A stretch of DNA of 64,000 bases from assembly GCA_963729715.1 (NCBI GenBank), contig CAVSPA010000006.1, positions 160,001-224,000 of the forward strand. Reading direction: 5' to 3'. Made by a program: the position numbers and the translations under genes. Of the stretch, positions 10,241-20,470 are shown one piece after another. Origin of the DNA: an uncultured delta proteobacterium (GTDB taxonomy: Bacteria; Desulfobacterota; Syntrophia; Syntrophales; UBA2185). The notes beneath the pieces are model-generated. The model was not told the origin of the DNA. It made no database searches and saw only the letters and a program-made list of their open reading frames with translations. Positions within the stretch are counted from its first letter, which is position 1. Each line of letters starts with the position of its first letter.

Positions 10241-12307
10241 ATGGCAAATGACGAGACCACAGATATAACCCTGTTCGTGAAGACATCCGGCGAGGATATT
10301 GCCAGATGGAACCGGCAGAAAATTGTTGATGCCCTGATCCGTGAAACGAACGTCAATGTAGATACGGCAGAGGCAATCAGCAGAGAAGTTGAAAAACAGA
10401 TCATTTCATCCGGTATCGGTGTACTGACTACGCCCCTCATCAGGGAACTGGTGGACGCAAAACTAATCGAGAGGGGCCTTGAACAGGCAAGAAAGATGCA
10501 CGCCCTGCTGGGATTTCCCATTTATGATGTACGGCAGTTGATCCTTCTTCAGAATAAGGAAAACGCCAACATACCTCACAGTCCGGAAGGCACGAATCTG
10601 ATACTTGCGGAAGGAATAAAGAAAGAATACTCACTCTATGAGGTCTTTTCTCGGGAAGTCGCAGATGCGCATGTTATGGGCGATATCCACCTTCATTCTC
10701 TGGGATACATAGACAGGCCGTACAGTTCATTTCAGTCTCTTGAATATATAAAGAAATTCGGTTTGAACCTTCCCCACTCCCTAACAGTTGCCAAACCGGC
10801 CAAACATGCGGAGGTACTCCTCGCCCATATGGTCAGATTCGGCGCCATTCTGCAGGGGCATTTTGCCGGAGTCATCGGCTGGGATGCCGTTAATTTCTCT
10901 TTTGCACCCTATCTGGCAGAGATGAGCGAAAAGGAAGTCAGGCAATTCGCCCAGATGCTCATTTATGAATTCTCCCAATTGACATCGGCTAGGGGCGGGC
11001 AGGCCATGTTTACTGACATTCACCTCTACTGGGATGTTCCGGAACATCTTCGGGATGTTCCGATTATCGGCCCGGGAGGAGAATTGACGGGGAGTAATTA
11101 CGAAGATTTCGCCGCTGATGCAAGGAGATTTGCTTGGGCCATTTTCGAAGTCTTTATAAAAGGGGACGGTACGGGCAAGCCTTTCATATTTCCCAGGCCA
11201 CTCGTTCATATTACCGGGAATTTTTTTCAAACGCCGGGTCATGAAGACTTTCTCAATCTCATCTGCCGCGTTGCCGTTGACAAGGGAAATACATGCTTCC
11301 TTTTCGATCGCGAGGAGATGATTAAGGCTTATTCGTGCGGTTTTCCGGCCACCGCTGAAAAGGGTAATGTGTCTGCCGAGGCGAAGATGCCCTGGCGGAT
11401 GAGATGTCCGGTCTTACAGAACGTGACACTGAACCTTCCCAGGCTGGGTTACAAAGTCGAGGGGGATGAGAAAAGATTATTGTCTATGCTCTCCGATCTT
11501 ATGGAAGTGGCAGCAAAAGCCCACGTAGAGAAGAAGGATTTTATTGAGAAGCTACTCTCCCACGGTGACGAAGGACCGCTGTCCGTGCTCGCGATGAAGA
11601 GAGATGGCTATCCGTATCTGAGGATGGATCATGCATGCTTCCTCATCGGCACTGTGGGACTCAACGAACTTGTCCGGATTCATACGGGAAGCCAGTTGCA
11701 TGAATCGGAAGATGCCCTGATGTTTGGTTTGAAACTGATCGCCCATATGAAGGATGAGACCGAAAAACTGAGCCGGAAATATGGCTTGAATTTTATCTTG
11801 GAACAGACGCCTGCGGAAACCACAGCCTACCGTTTTGCACGGCTCGATCTGCGATACTATTCTCCGAAGGCGGGTCATTTTGTGCAGGGTGATATTTCGA
11901 AGGGAGAGGTCTACTATACAAATTCAACCCATCTTAGCCCATCAGCCACTGTGGATCCAATAGAACGTGTAAGACAGGAAGGCCGCTTTCATCCTTTGAC
12001 AAAGGGAGGAGGCGTTACCCAGGTGTGGCTCGGCGATGTTCGACCTTCGAGTGAGGAAATCGTCGGGTTTATCACCAAGGCATTTACGGATACTGAGAAC
12101 GATCAGCTTCTGTTCTGTCCTGAATTTACCACCTGTAGAGAATGCGGCCAGACATTCAGGCGCCTAAAAGATGAGTGTCAATTCTGCGGCTCGAAGGATG
12201 TGGAAGGGATAGCGAGGATTACCCAGTATTTCAGCAGGATATCCGGCTGGAATAGAGGTAAACTGGCTGAACTCAGGGACAGGAAGAGATACGAGGAAAT
12301 CAGTTGA
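10241..12307 (+). CDS. nrdD: Class III (anaerobic) ribonucleotide reductase-like protein with ATP cone; glycyl-radical Gly replaced by Gln
   Basis: ATP cone, GDIHLH, NVTLNLPR, GLNE, EQTPAE, YYTNS, CxxC...CxxC, WNRGK..E..DR; the RITGY motif reads RITQY. Confidence 0.85.
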   Translation: MANDETTDITLFVKTSGEDIARWNRQKIVDALIRETNVNVDTAEAISREVEKQIISSGIGVLTTPLIRELVDAKLIERGLEQARKMHALLGFPIYDVRQLILLQNKENANIPHSPEGTNLILAEGIKKEYSLYEVFSREVADAHVMGDIHLHSLGYIDRPYSSFQSLEYIKKFGLNLPHSLTVAKPAKHAEVLLAHMVRFGAILQGHFAGVIGWDAVNFSFAPYLAEMSEKEVRQFAQMLIYEFSQLTSARGGQAMFTDIHLYWDVPEHLRDVPIIGPGGELTGSNYEDFAADARRFAWAIFEVFIKGDGTGKPFIFPRPLVHITGNFFQTPGHEDFLNLICRVAVDKGNTCFLFDREEMIKAYSCGFPATAEKGNVSAEAKMPWRMRCPVLQNVTLNLPRLGYKVEGDEKRLLSMLSDLMEVAAKAHVEKKDFIEKLLSHGDEGPLSVLAMKRDGYPYLRMDHACFLIGTVGLNELVRIHTGSQLHESEDALMFGLKLIAHMKDETEKLSRKYGLNFILEQTPAETTAYRFARLDLRYYSPKAGHFVQGDISKGEVYYTNSTHLSPSATVDPIERVRQEGRFHPLTKGGGVTQVWLGDVRPSSEEIVGFITKAFTDTENDQLLFCPEFTTCRECGQTFRRLKDECQFCGSKDVEGIARITQYFSRISGWNRGKLAELRDRKRYEEIS

Positions 12308-12434
12308 CTCCGCATACGTCTAAGTATGCCTCATACCGTATGATTTGCACACCCTAGAACTCGCGTTTTCTACGCGGCCGTCTGTTTGTCAATCCTGCAA
12401 AAGATTTTTTTCGTATATCATTAATGCCCTGCCC

Positions 12435-12463
12435 TTGACATGGGATAGGCCGATAAATATATT
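12435..12463 (+). promoter_or_regulatory. sigma70-type promoter for gmhA-grpE-dnaK
   Basis: TTGACA-17 nt-TATATT. Confidence 0.55.
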
Positions 12464-12508
12464 ACGCACAGAATTTGGCCATTTTAAACGCAAGACCGCA
12501 TAGTTGAC

Positions 12509-13093
12509 ATGGAAGATCATATAGTAAAGATATTCAAGGAAAGCAGTAATCTGACGGATGTTTTCGTCGCAGAAAATCTTGATGGTATTGTCAGTGTCAT
12601 TGAGGCAATTACGGCGGCATTGAAAGCAGGAAACAAAATACTGCTGTTTGGGAACGGTGGCTCCGCCGCTGATGCCCAGCATCTGGCAGCAGAATTTGTG
12701 AACCGCTTCGTTATAGAACGTCCGCCGCTTCCGGCAATTGCCTTGAGCACCGATACATCCGTGATTACGAGCATCGCTAACGATTATGACTTCTCTGAGA
12801 TATTCAGCAAGCAGATCAGGGCGATAGGCCAGACAGGCGACGTGGCGTGGGGCATAAGCACCAGCGGTGCCTCTCCAAACATCATAAAAGCCATTGAAGC
12901 AGCAAAGAAGATAGGGATGATCACAGTAGGCATGACGGGGAAGGACGGGGGCGACATAGCCAAGATGGTGGACTATTCACTCAATGTTTCCTCTAACAGC
13001 ACACCGCGCGTGCAGGAGGTCCACATTACCGTGGGCCATGTGATATGCGAGATGATTGACTATAAGCTCTTTCAGAGGCCGGATGCGAAATAA
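12509..13093 (+). CDS. gmhA: Phosphoheptose isomerase
   Basis: GNGGSAADAQHLAAE, ANDYDF, STSG.S.N, RVQEVHI..GH. Confidence 0.95.
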   Translation: MEDHIVKIFKESSNLTDVFVAENLDGIVSVIEAITAALKAGNKILLFGNGGSAADAQHLAAEFVNRFVIERPPLPAIALSTDTSVITSIANDYDFSEIFSKQIRAIGQTGDVAWGISTSGASPNIIKAIEAAKKIGMITVGMTGKDGGDIAKMVDYSLNVSSNSTPRVQEVHITVGHVICEMIDYKLFQRPDAK

Positions 13094-13148
13094 AGGCGGC
13101 GACGCCGCCTCGGGCATAAGACGATCTGAAATGATGAATCGACACCAT

Positions 13149-13721
13149 ATGAGCCATAAAATAAAAAAGGAAGTTACAAAAGAAACACCGGATGTTCTGG
13201 AAAAAGAAGGGGAAGAGCAACAAATCTCCGGTGATGAGGATATAATGTTAAAGCTTCAGGAAAAGGAAAAGGAGGCAGCCGACAACTACGACAAATATGT
13301 GCGTGCGGTTGCGGAACTTGAAAATTACAGAAAACGCGCAGCAAGGGAGAAGGCTGATTCGATTAAATATGGCAATGAAAATATCATTAAGGATATCTTG
13401 CCCCTGGTAGACAGCATGGACAGGGCATTACAGCATGCTGACAGCTATGGCTATTCCGATTCATTTAAGAAGGGATTAAAGCTCCTCCAGGATCAGCTCC
13501 TGGGTTGCCTCGGAAAACACGGCGTGCAGCAAATCGAGTGTGTTGATAAAACTTTTGATCCAAACATCCATGAAGCCGTATTTCAAGTTGATACCGGCAC
13601 CCATGAGGATAACAAAGTCGTTGAGGAACTGGAAAAGGGGTATCGTCTGCATGAGAGGCTGTTGAGGCCGGCCAAAGTGTCTATTTTTAAACTACCGAAG
13701 AAAGAAGATAGCAAGGAATAA
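13149..13721 (+). CDS. grpE: Nucleotide exchange factor GrpE (start 13131-13149 uncertain)
   Basis: AELENYRKR, FDPNIHEAV, KGY.LHERLLRPAKV; precedes dnaK. Confidence 0.95.
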   Translation: MSHKIKKEVTKETPDVLEKEGEEQQISGDEDIMLKLQEKEKEAADNYDKYVRAVAELENYRKRAAREKADSIKYGNENIIKDILPLVDSMDRALQHADSYGYSDSFKKGLKLLQDQLLGCLGKHGVQQIECVDKTFDPNIHEAVFQVDTGTHEDNKVVEELEKGYRLHERLLRPAKVSIFKLPKKEDSKE

Positions 13722-13760
13722 ATAAAAGGGGAAACCAGATATTAAGGAGGATTGTTAGAG

Positions 13761-15686
13761 ATGGGTAAGATTATAGGGATTGATTTAGGGACGACAAATT
13801 CATGTGTAGCAATTATGGAAGGAGGAGATCCCGTTGTAATAGCAAATCAGGAAGGAAGCAGGACCACGCCTTCCATGGTGGCGTTTACAGATAGTGGTGA
13901 GAGGCTGGTCGGTCAAGTTGCCAAGCGACAGGCCGTAACCAATCCGGAAAATACCGTTTATGCCATAAAGAGGCTCATAGGGAGGAAGTTTTCCTCCAAA
14001 GAGGTTCAGTACGATAAATCGGTATGTCCTTACAGGATTACGGAGGCGCCCAACGGTGATGCCCAAGTGACCATAAAAGGACGGAATTACAGCCCGGCGG
14101 AAATATCAGCTTTTATTCTTATGAAGATGAAACAGACAGCGGAGGATTACCTTGGAGAGAAAGTAACCGATGCGGTTATTACGGTGCCCGCGTACTTCAA
14201 TGACTCTCAGAGGCAGGCTACGAAAGATGCAGGAAGAGTTGCCGGATTGAATGTGCTCAGAATCATCAATGAACCGACGGCAGCAGCCCTTGCATACGGT
14301 CTTGATAAGAAAAAAGATGAAAAGATTGCCGTGTTCGACCTTGGCGGCGGGACGTTTGATATTTCCATCCTCGAGCTAGGAGACGGCGTTTTTGAAGTCA
14401 AGTCGACGAACGGAGATACCCATTTAGGTGGTGAAGACTTTGACCAGCGACTAATGGAATATATTGCCGTGGAATTCAAGAATGATTACGGTATTGATCT
14501 GCGTAATGACAGGATGGCCCTCCAGAGGATTAAGGAGGCGGCAGAAAAGGCGAAAATGGAACTTTCCACCGTTATGGAAACAGATATAAACCTTCCATTT
14601 ATAACTGCCGATGCGTCAGGGCCTAAACATTTGACGATGAAATTGACGAGAGCCAAGCTGGAATCTCTGATTGAGGACCTGATCGAAAAAACAGTAGGAC
14701 CCTGCAGAACCGCGCTTAAGGACGCAAACCTGACGGCAAAAGACATCAATGAGGTTATTCTCGTTGGCGGTATGACCCGTATGCCCAGGGTTCAGCAGAA
14801 GGTTAAAGAGATATTTGAGAAGGAACCCCACAAAGGGGTGAACCCTGATGAAGTGGTGGCAGTCGGCGCTGCTATCCAGGCGGGCGTCCTGGCAGGTGAT
14901 GTTAAAGATGTCCTCCTTTTGGATGTGACACCCCTGTCTCTCGGAATTGAGACCCTCGGTGGCGTGATGACGAGGCTGATCGAGAAGAATACCACCATTC
15001 CAACCCGGAAGAGCCAGATCTTTTCTACAGCTGCGGATAATCAGCCTGCCGTTAGCATTCACGTCCTGCAAGGTGAGAGGTCCATGGCGGCTGACAGCAG
15101 AACCCTGGGAAGATTTGAACTGGTAGGAATACCGCCCGCGCCGAGAGGTATGCCTCAGATTGAGGTGACCTTCGATATCGACGCCAACGGGATAGTTCAT
15201 GTATCGGCAAAAGACCTTGGGACAGGCAAAGAGCAGAGCATCAAGATTACTGCATCGAGCGGTTTGACTGAAGCAGAGATACAGAAACTGGTGAGAGAAG
15301 CGGAGGCTCATGGAGAGGAAGATAAGAAAAAGAAGGAGCTTATCGAGGCCAGAAATCAGGCGGATTCCATGGCATACAGCGCAGAGAAGAATGTCAAAGA
15401 ATTCGGGGATAAGATTGATGCCACAGAAAAGGCACGTATCGAAGATGCCATTGCCAGAGTAAGGAAGGTCATCGAAGGGGATGACATTAACGCCATCAAG
15501 AGCGCCCAGGAAGAACTGACGAACGCATCACATAAGCTTGCTGAGGCCATGTATGCAAAGGCTTCAGCCTCACAGGCAGGCGCTGGCGCAGGTCCAGGGG
15601 CGCACGGAGGGCCCGCCGGTGAACAGCCGGGCGCGAGCAAGAAGGATGAGGATGTGGTTGACGCTGACTTTGAAGACGTGAAATAA
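13761..15686 (+). CDS. dnaK: Hsp70 chaperone
   Basis: [42 protein letters not shown]. Confidence 0.99.
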   Translation: MGKIIGIDLGTTNSCVAIMEGGDPVVIANQEGSRTTPSMVAFTDSGERLVGQVAKRQAVTNPENTVYAIKRLIGRKFSSKEVQYDKSVCPYRITEAPNGDAQVTIKGRNYSPAEISAFILMKMKQTAEDYLGEKVTDAVITVPAYFNDSQRQATKDAGRVAGLNVLRIINEPTAAALAYGLDKKKDEKIAVFDLGGGTFDISILELGDGVFEVKSTNGDTHLGGEDFDQRLMEYIAVEFKNDYGIDLRNDRMALQRIKEAAEKAKMELSTVMETDINLPFITADASGPKHLTMKLTRAKLESLIEDLIEKTVGPCRTALKDANLTAKDINEVILVGGMTRMPRVQQKVKEIFEKEPHKGVNPDEVVAVGAAIQAGVLAGDVKDVLLLDVTPLSLGIETLGGVMTRLIEKNTTIPTRKSQIFSTAADNQPAVSIHVLQGERSMAADSRTLGRFELVGIPPAPRGMPQIEVTFDIDANGIVHVSAKDLGTGKEQSIKITASSGLTEAEIQKLVREAEAHGEEDKKKKELIEARNQADSMAYSAEKNVKEFGDKIDATEKARIEDAIARVRKVIEGDDINAIKSAQEELTNASHKLAEAMYAKASASQAGAGAGPGAHGGPAGEQPGASKKDEDVVDADFEDVK

Positions 15687-15701
15687 TTACTGTGGTTCTC
15701 C

Positions 15702-15742
15702 ATGCCCGGGATTCATCACTGTGGATTCCCGGGCATTTTTTT
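15702..15742 (+). terminator. Intrinsic terminator after dnaK
   Basis: ATGCCCGGGA...TCCCGGGCAT stem followed by a T-run. Confidence 0.8.
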
Positions 15743-15831
15743 GTGCATTTTTTTGTCGACGGACGATCTCCTTTCATATAAAATATACTGAGCGAGCGGA
15801 TACTTGAGCCTCAAATTCTCGTGGTGACTAT

Positions 15832-17055
15832 ATGGGAGAAAAAAAACATTTTAAAAGATGGTTGATTTTGTCTCTCGTCCTGATGCCCTTTCTTTGGGAT
15901 GTCCTCGCAGTGTTTCCCGCAGGGGCAGGAGCAAAGGGTTCTGTTGTTTCTATACCGGTTGACCGTTACGCGATCGGCTGTGTCCTGCCGCTATCGGGGC
16001 GAAACGCGGCCGCCGGGAACAGGGCTCTGGATGCCATTGTTCTAGCATCCGGTCTATTCGATCCCATAGCCAAGACACCGATCAAGCTTATCATAGAAGA
16101 TTCGCAAAGTCAGCCGGAAACAGCTAGGGCCGCCGTAGCAAAACTGGCTATCCAGGAAGGCGTGATCTGTATTCTCGGTCCCCTCGGCGCTGATGAGTCT
16201 CTGTATGCCGCCAGAGAGGCTCAGAGGTTGAAAGTCCCTATAATAACCCTCACCCTGAGAGAGGGGATTATCGATGCAGGAAATTACGTCTTCCGTTCGT
16301 ATCTAACTAATCGCGTGCAGATCGTTTCACTGGTTCAATATGCAATCCAGAAAATGGGCTTGGCCAGATTTGCGGTGCTTTACCCGGAAGATGATTACGG
16401 CCGCGAGATGGAAAAACTGTTCCGGGAAGAGATTCTGCGGAGGAAAGGAGAAATCCTGAAGGTCACTTCTTACCAGACGACCGAGACGGATTTTGCAGAC
16501 GAGATCAAATCAATAAGCGATTTAAATAAGAACCCGCCGGCTGCTAAAGAAGGCGAAGGCCCAAGAGACGGGAACAAGCCTGACCTCGGTTTTGACGCTC
16601 TTTTTATTCCAGATTCCCCTGGTCGGATAAGCATGATCGTTCCCCAATTGGCTTTTCATGATGTCAAGGGCATTAGACTGCTTGGCACAAGTGACTGGGA
16701 TGCGCCGGAAATTTTGAAGGCAGGCAGCGAATTACTGGAAGGAGCCATTTTCGTAAACGCCTTTTCTCCAAACAGCTTTTATCCCGAGGTGAATGACTTC
16801 ACCGACATTTACTATACCAACTACAGCCGGGAACCGGACGCTTTGGAGGCGCTCGCCTACGATGCGGCCGGCATCATCGTAAAAATTCTCAGGGAGGACG
16901 GCGTCAAGACGAGAGATCAATTCAGAAAGAGCCTGCTCGATGTGAGGGATTACCGTGGCGTGACGGGTAGAACGTCATTTTCAGGGATGCGAGACGCCCG
17001 GAAAGAAGTTTTTGTCTTGACGATAAAGGATGGTCAGATCGTCCAGATCAAATAG
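15832..17055 (+). CDS. LppC/LpoA-like periplasmic binding-fold protein
   Basis: Signal peptide; IGCVLPLSG, ILGPL, FDALFIPD, ALAYDA, GVTG. Confidence 0.75.
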   Translation: MGEKKHFKRWLILSLVLMPFLWDVLAVFPAGAGAKGSVVSIPVDRYAIGCVLPLSGRNAAAGNRALDAIVLASGLFDPIAKTPIKLIIEDSQSQPETARAAVAKLAIQEGVICILGPLGADESLYAAREAQRLKVPIITLTLREGIIDAGNYVFRSYLTNRVQIVSLVQYAIQKMGLARFAVLYPEDDYGREMEKLFREEILRRKGEILKVTSYQTTETDFADEIKSISDLNKNPPAAKEGEGPRDGNKPDLGFDALFIPDSPGRISMIVPQLAFHDVKGIRLLGTSDWDAPEILKAGSELLEGAIFVNAFSPNSFYPEVNDFTDIYYTNYSREPDALEALAYDAAGIIVKILREDGVKTRDQFRKSLLDVRDYRGVTGRTSFSGMRDARKEVFVLTIKDGQIVQIK

Positions 17056-17071
17056 GTGTGGGAGAAGTTTT

Positions 17072-17836
17072 ATGAGGTTTCTTCTTACAAATGATGACGG
17101 CATATATGCAAGGGGACTGGGCGCCCTCTATCAGGAGCTCTCCAAGGACGCAGATTGTCTCATCGTCGCGCCGGAGGTTGAACAGAGCGCGGTGGGACAT
17201 GCGATCACGCTTTTCCGGCCCCTCATGGTACGGGCCGTAAAAAAAGAAGGAAGCTTTGTCGGATACGCCGTGAAAGGGACGCCGGCGGATTGTGTCAAGA
17301 TCGGGATTAGGGAATTATCAGACAAACCAGTTGACCTAGTCGTGTCGGGGATCAATTTGGGCGCTAATGTGGGGACCAATGTGATCTATTCGGGGACCGT
17401 TTCAGCGGCGACCGAGGGGATCATCATGGGAATTCCGTCCATGGCGATTTCTTTGGACACTCATAGAAATGCCGATTTTTCATTCGCCGCCCGATTTGCC
17501 CGAAAGATTGCGGCATTCATGCTGAAAGACAATCCCATAAAAGACTTCGCCATGAACATAAATATCCCGGCTGTTCCCGAAGAGGAGATCAAAGGGGTTA
17601 TTGTGGCAAAGCAGGGCAGGGCACGGCTCATAGAGAGTTTTGAAAAAAGGATGGATCCAAGAGACAACATCTATTACTGGCTTGCCGGGGAAACCAAGCT
17701 CTCCGATGGAGAGGAAGTGGACTCCGATGCCTGCGCACTTCGCCACCACATGATTTCCATAACACCTATCTATTATGATTTGACCCGGCACGACGTCCTG
17801 GCTGAGCTGAGCGAGAAAATCAGACAGAAGTTTTGA
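17072..17836 (+). CDS. surE: 5'/3'-nucleotidase SurE
   Basis: LLTNDDG, GTPADCV, SGINLGAN, YSGTVSAA. Confidence 0.96.
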   Translation: MRFLLTNDDGIYARGLGALYQELSKDADCLIVAPEVEQSAVGHAITLFRPLMVRAVKKEGSFVGYAVKGTPADCVKIGIRELSDKPVDLVVSGINLGANVGTNVIYSGTVSAATEGIIMGIPSMAISLDTHRNADFSFAARFARKIAAFMLKDNPIKDFAMNINIPAVPEEEIKGVIVAKQGRARLIESFEKRMDPRDNIYYWLAGETKLSDGEEVDSDACALRHHMISITPIYYDLTRHDVLAELSEKIRQKF

Positions 17837-17887
17837 TTGTCAGAACGCATGTGAGATGCATTAGCGTCGCCGCAAAACGCTTGCCGG

Positions 17888-18730
17888 TTATCGCGTGAGC
17901 AAGACGGGGATTGTGCTCTTGCGGATGACAGTTGAAGTGGTGCTGCCGAGAATCAGTTCCCTCAGCATGTTGTGGCCGTAGGCCCCCATGACCATTAATT
18001 CAACGGAACCTTCCTTGATGAACTTGATAATTTCACGGTCTTCCTTGCCTCTGAGAATGACGATGGCGCTGTCAATCTTCAAAGGTTCGAGAAAGTCCTC
18101 TACTTTTTTTGAAAGGCTTGCCCCCAGCTCATGATTATCCGTGATGATAATGACAGTGAGAGGCCAGGCGGTCTGCTCGGATAATTCTGCCGCAAGCTTT
18201 AAGGCCTTGTCTGCCGGCGCGCTACTGTCGTATGCGAGCCCCACGCTCTCGATTTCCTGGAAGACTGCGGGTGTCACCATGACCGGCTTTCCTGAATTTC
18301 GCACGACTGATTCCGCAACAGAGCCCAGTATGCTGCCTCCGCTCGAATGGAAATGTTCGCCTCTCTGGGATATGAGTATCCAGTCGGCGTTACCGCCCTC
18401 TTCAATAATCATTTGATCGATGACGCCCATGGCTTTCTTTATCTCAGGATGCAATCCTGCCTGTTCACACCTTGTTTTGAAGGCCTGCAAAACAATTTCC
18501 GCCCTTTCATCAAAACCGCCCTGCAATACCGGAAGAAATTCCTGGTAAGGCGGAAGGCCGACAGAACCTGAAATATCTGTAAATACCGGCCCCTGCAGCA
18601 ACCTGATATCAACCACATGGAGACCGATCAATTGCGCATTAAGGCGCGTGGCTATATATATGCCGTATTCGATGGCGGTCTTGCCGTAATCGGAACCATC
18701 AGTCGGGATCAGGATCTTTTTTGCGATCAT
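17888..18730 (-). CDS. Tandem-domain universal stress protein
   Basis: KILIPTDGS, LGSVAESVVR, MGAYGH..LRELILGSTT. Confidence 0.92.
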   Translation of the reverse strand: MIAKKILIPTDGSDYGKTAIEYGIYIATRLNAQLIGLHVVDIRLLQGPVFTDISGSVGLPPYQEFLPVLQGGFDERAEIVLQAFKTRCEQAGLHPEIKKAMGVIDQMIIEEGGNADWILISQRGEHFHSSGGSILGSVAESVVRNSGKPVMVTPAVFQEIESVGLAYDSSAPADKALKLAAELSEQTAWPLTVIIITDNHELGASLSKKVEDFLEPLKIDSAIVILRGKEDREIIKFIKEGSVELMVMGAYGHNMLRELILGSTTSTVIRKSTIPVLLTR

Positions 18731-19422
18731 TTACCCTTCTGCTCCTTTTCGAAGTTTGCCAGGTTCCTGAAGAGATCATCGACCATCTTTCCCTTCTCTC
18801 TCAAGTTGTCCTCTTCCGCGAATGTAGATGGTTCTTTTTCCTGGCCGTTTTCCCGATTTACCGGATCGTCTATGTCGAAAGACAGAAACTTTCCTTCCAG
18901 CTTCCCGTTCCTGAATGTTGACTTCTCCTTAGTCCTGCCGTTTTTATAGTAGGCTATATACGCCCCGTCCCGTTTGTCGTTTACAAAGCTGCCCTTTTCT
19001 TTGACCTGACCATTCTTGTAATAACATATGTAATCGCCGTCCAGCTTGCCGTCTTTAAAATTTTCTATTTCTCGCGTCTGGCCTGTTGTAAAAAAAAGTG
19101 TATATCTTCCGTCCAGCTTGCCGTCTTTGTAGTTCTCCCTCTCTCTTACCTGGCCGTTCTCATGATAAGAGACATATTCTCCATGCAGCTTATCATTCTT
19201 GAATGTACATTTTTCCCTGATCTGACCATCCCTGTGATAGGAAACAGCATCCCCATCTCTTCTGCCGTTACGAAAGTACAGATGGGCCATGACCTTCCCG
19301 TTGCCATAATAGGAGGTGTACTCACCTTCCAATTTTCCATTGAGGGTGAACGTCTTCTCCCTTATCTGGCCTTTTTCATCGGAGGATACTTCTTCCTTGA
19401 TTTCATCCTTGGAAGACAACAT
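18727..19422 (-). CDS. MORN-variant repeat protein (YwqK-like)
   Basis: About six 24-aa repeats of type YY.NGQ..E...FK.GKL.G; ATGA overlap with the usp gene. Confidence 0.8.
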   Translation of the reverse strand: MLSSKDEIKEEVSSDEKGQIREKTFTLNGKLEGEYTSYYGNGKVMAHLYFRNGRRDGDAVSYHRDGQIREKCTFKNDKLHGEYVSYHENGQVRERENYKDGKLDGRYTLFFTTGQTREIENFKDGKLDGDYICYYKNGQVKEKGSFVNDKRDGAYIAYYKNGRTKEKSTFRNGKLEGKFLSFDIDDPVNRENGQEKEPSTFAEEDNLREKGKMVDDLFRNLANFEKEQKGK

Positions 19423-19559
19423 GTGCAGTCCTTATGTGAGAGAATAGTTATCTTCTCTTGCAGTTCTGATGCTGTTATCTGCTACCTTAATGTCTTGACG
19501 GTCTTTCTGTCAAGGACACTTATGTCCGCGTCCCTTATTTTTCCCTCGTGTCAGATATC

Positions 19560-20255
19560 TCATAGTTTTCTCCCTTTTGTGGCGATGTCCTCCAGGATTG
19601 TGCGATCCAGTATCCTCATGCGTGAACCGTCCGATCTAATTACTCCCTGCCTGCCCATTTTGCCGAGGATACGGGACAGCGTTTCCGGGATTGTACCTAA
19701 GATAGAGGCCAACTGCCCTTTGGAGATATCGAGATCGAATTCGTCTTTATTGGAAGACCTCTTGCTTGCATAGAGAAGATAAGCTGCCAGGCGCCCGGGT
19801 ACCTCCTTCAAGGAAAGGTCCTCGATCAGCGCCGCAAATCTTCGGAGACGCCACGACAGTAGTGCCAGCATGTTGAGAGACAGTGAAGGGTCTTTTTTGA
19901 CAAGCTCGATAAATGAGTTTCCGGGAAAGTATACGAGGGAGGAATTGATATTGGCCTCCGCGTGCGCCGGATATTCCTGGCCGGTAAAAACAGGCACCTC
20001 GCCAAATATCTCTCCGGTTCCCATCATGTGGAGGATCTGTTCTTTCCCTTCCGGTGAGAGTTTAAATATCTTCACCCTGCCGGAAATGATCGCATAAAAG
20101 CCCACGCCTTCATCACCTTCGGAGAAGATTGTCTGGCCTTTTTTGTAAGAGCGGTTTACCGCGATTCTGGCCAGAGCCTCATGCTGCCCTCGTGACAGTC
20201 CTTCGAAAAGAGGGATGGTGACAATGTGATCGAGCAGCTTCATGGGAATCCTCAT
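19560..20255 (-). CDS. Crp/Fnr-family regulator (HcpR/Dnr-like)
   Basis: cNMP-like domain (GRVKIFKLSPEGKEQIL) and HTH LASILGTIPETLSR. Confidence 0.92.
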   Translation of the reverse strand: MRIPMKLLDHIVTIPLFEGLSRGQHEALARIAVNRSYKKGQTIFSEGDEGVGFYAIISGRVKIFKLSPEGKEQILHMMGTGEIFGEVPVFTGQEYPAHAEANINSSLVYFPGNSFIELVKKDPSLSLNMLALLSWRLRRFAALIEDLSLKEVPGRLAAYLLYASKRSSNKDEFDLDISKGQLASILGTIPETLSRILGKMGRQGVIRSDGSRMRILDRTILEDIATKGRKL

Positions 20256-20362
20256 TGTAAACCTATCGGTCCTTTTTGTTTGCGACTCTTTTTTGACTTG
20301 GGGTCATTATAATGCAATAAATTGTTGCCCAAAAGGAAAAAATAGAAAATAAAGTTAAAAAA

Positions 20363-20378
20363 ATTGACTTTTGTCAAT
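20363..20378. promoter_or_regulatory. Fnr/Crp-type box
   Basis: Perfect dyad ATTGAC-TTTT-GTCAAT between the divergent regulator and FeS gene. Confidence 0.7.
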
Positions 20379-20470
20379 GCGTGAAGAAATGAAGACGAGT
20401 ATATTAAAGGAAATTTCGCAAGAACTGAAGACGACGTTCAGCGGGAATTTCGGAAGATAGGGGGGAATTT

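Noticed and set aside
18727..19422. MORN/YwqK protein as part of a toxin-antitoxin pair
   Set aside because: No toxin-like neighbour; flanked by usp and a Crp/Fnr regulator
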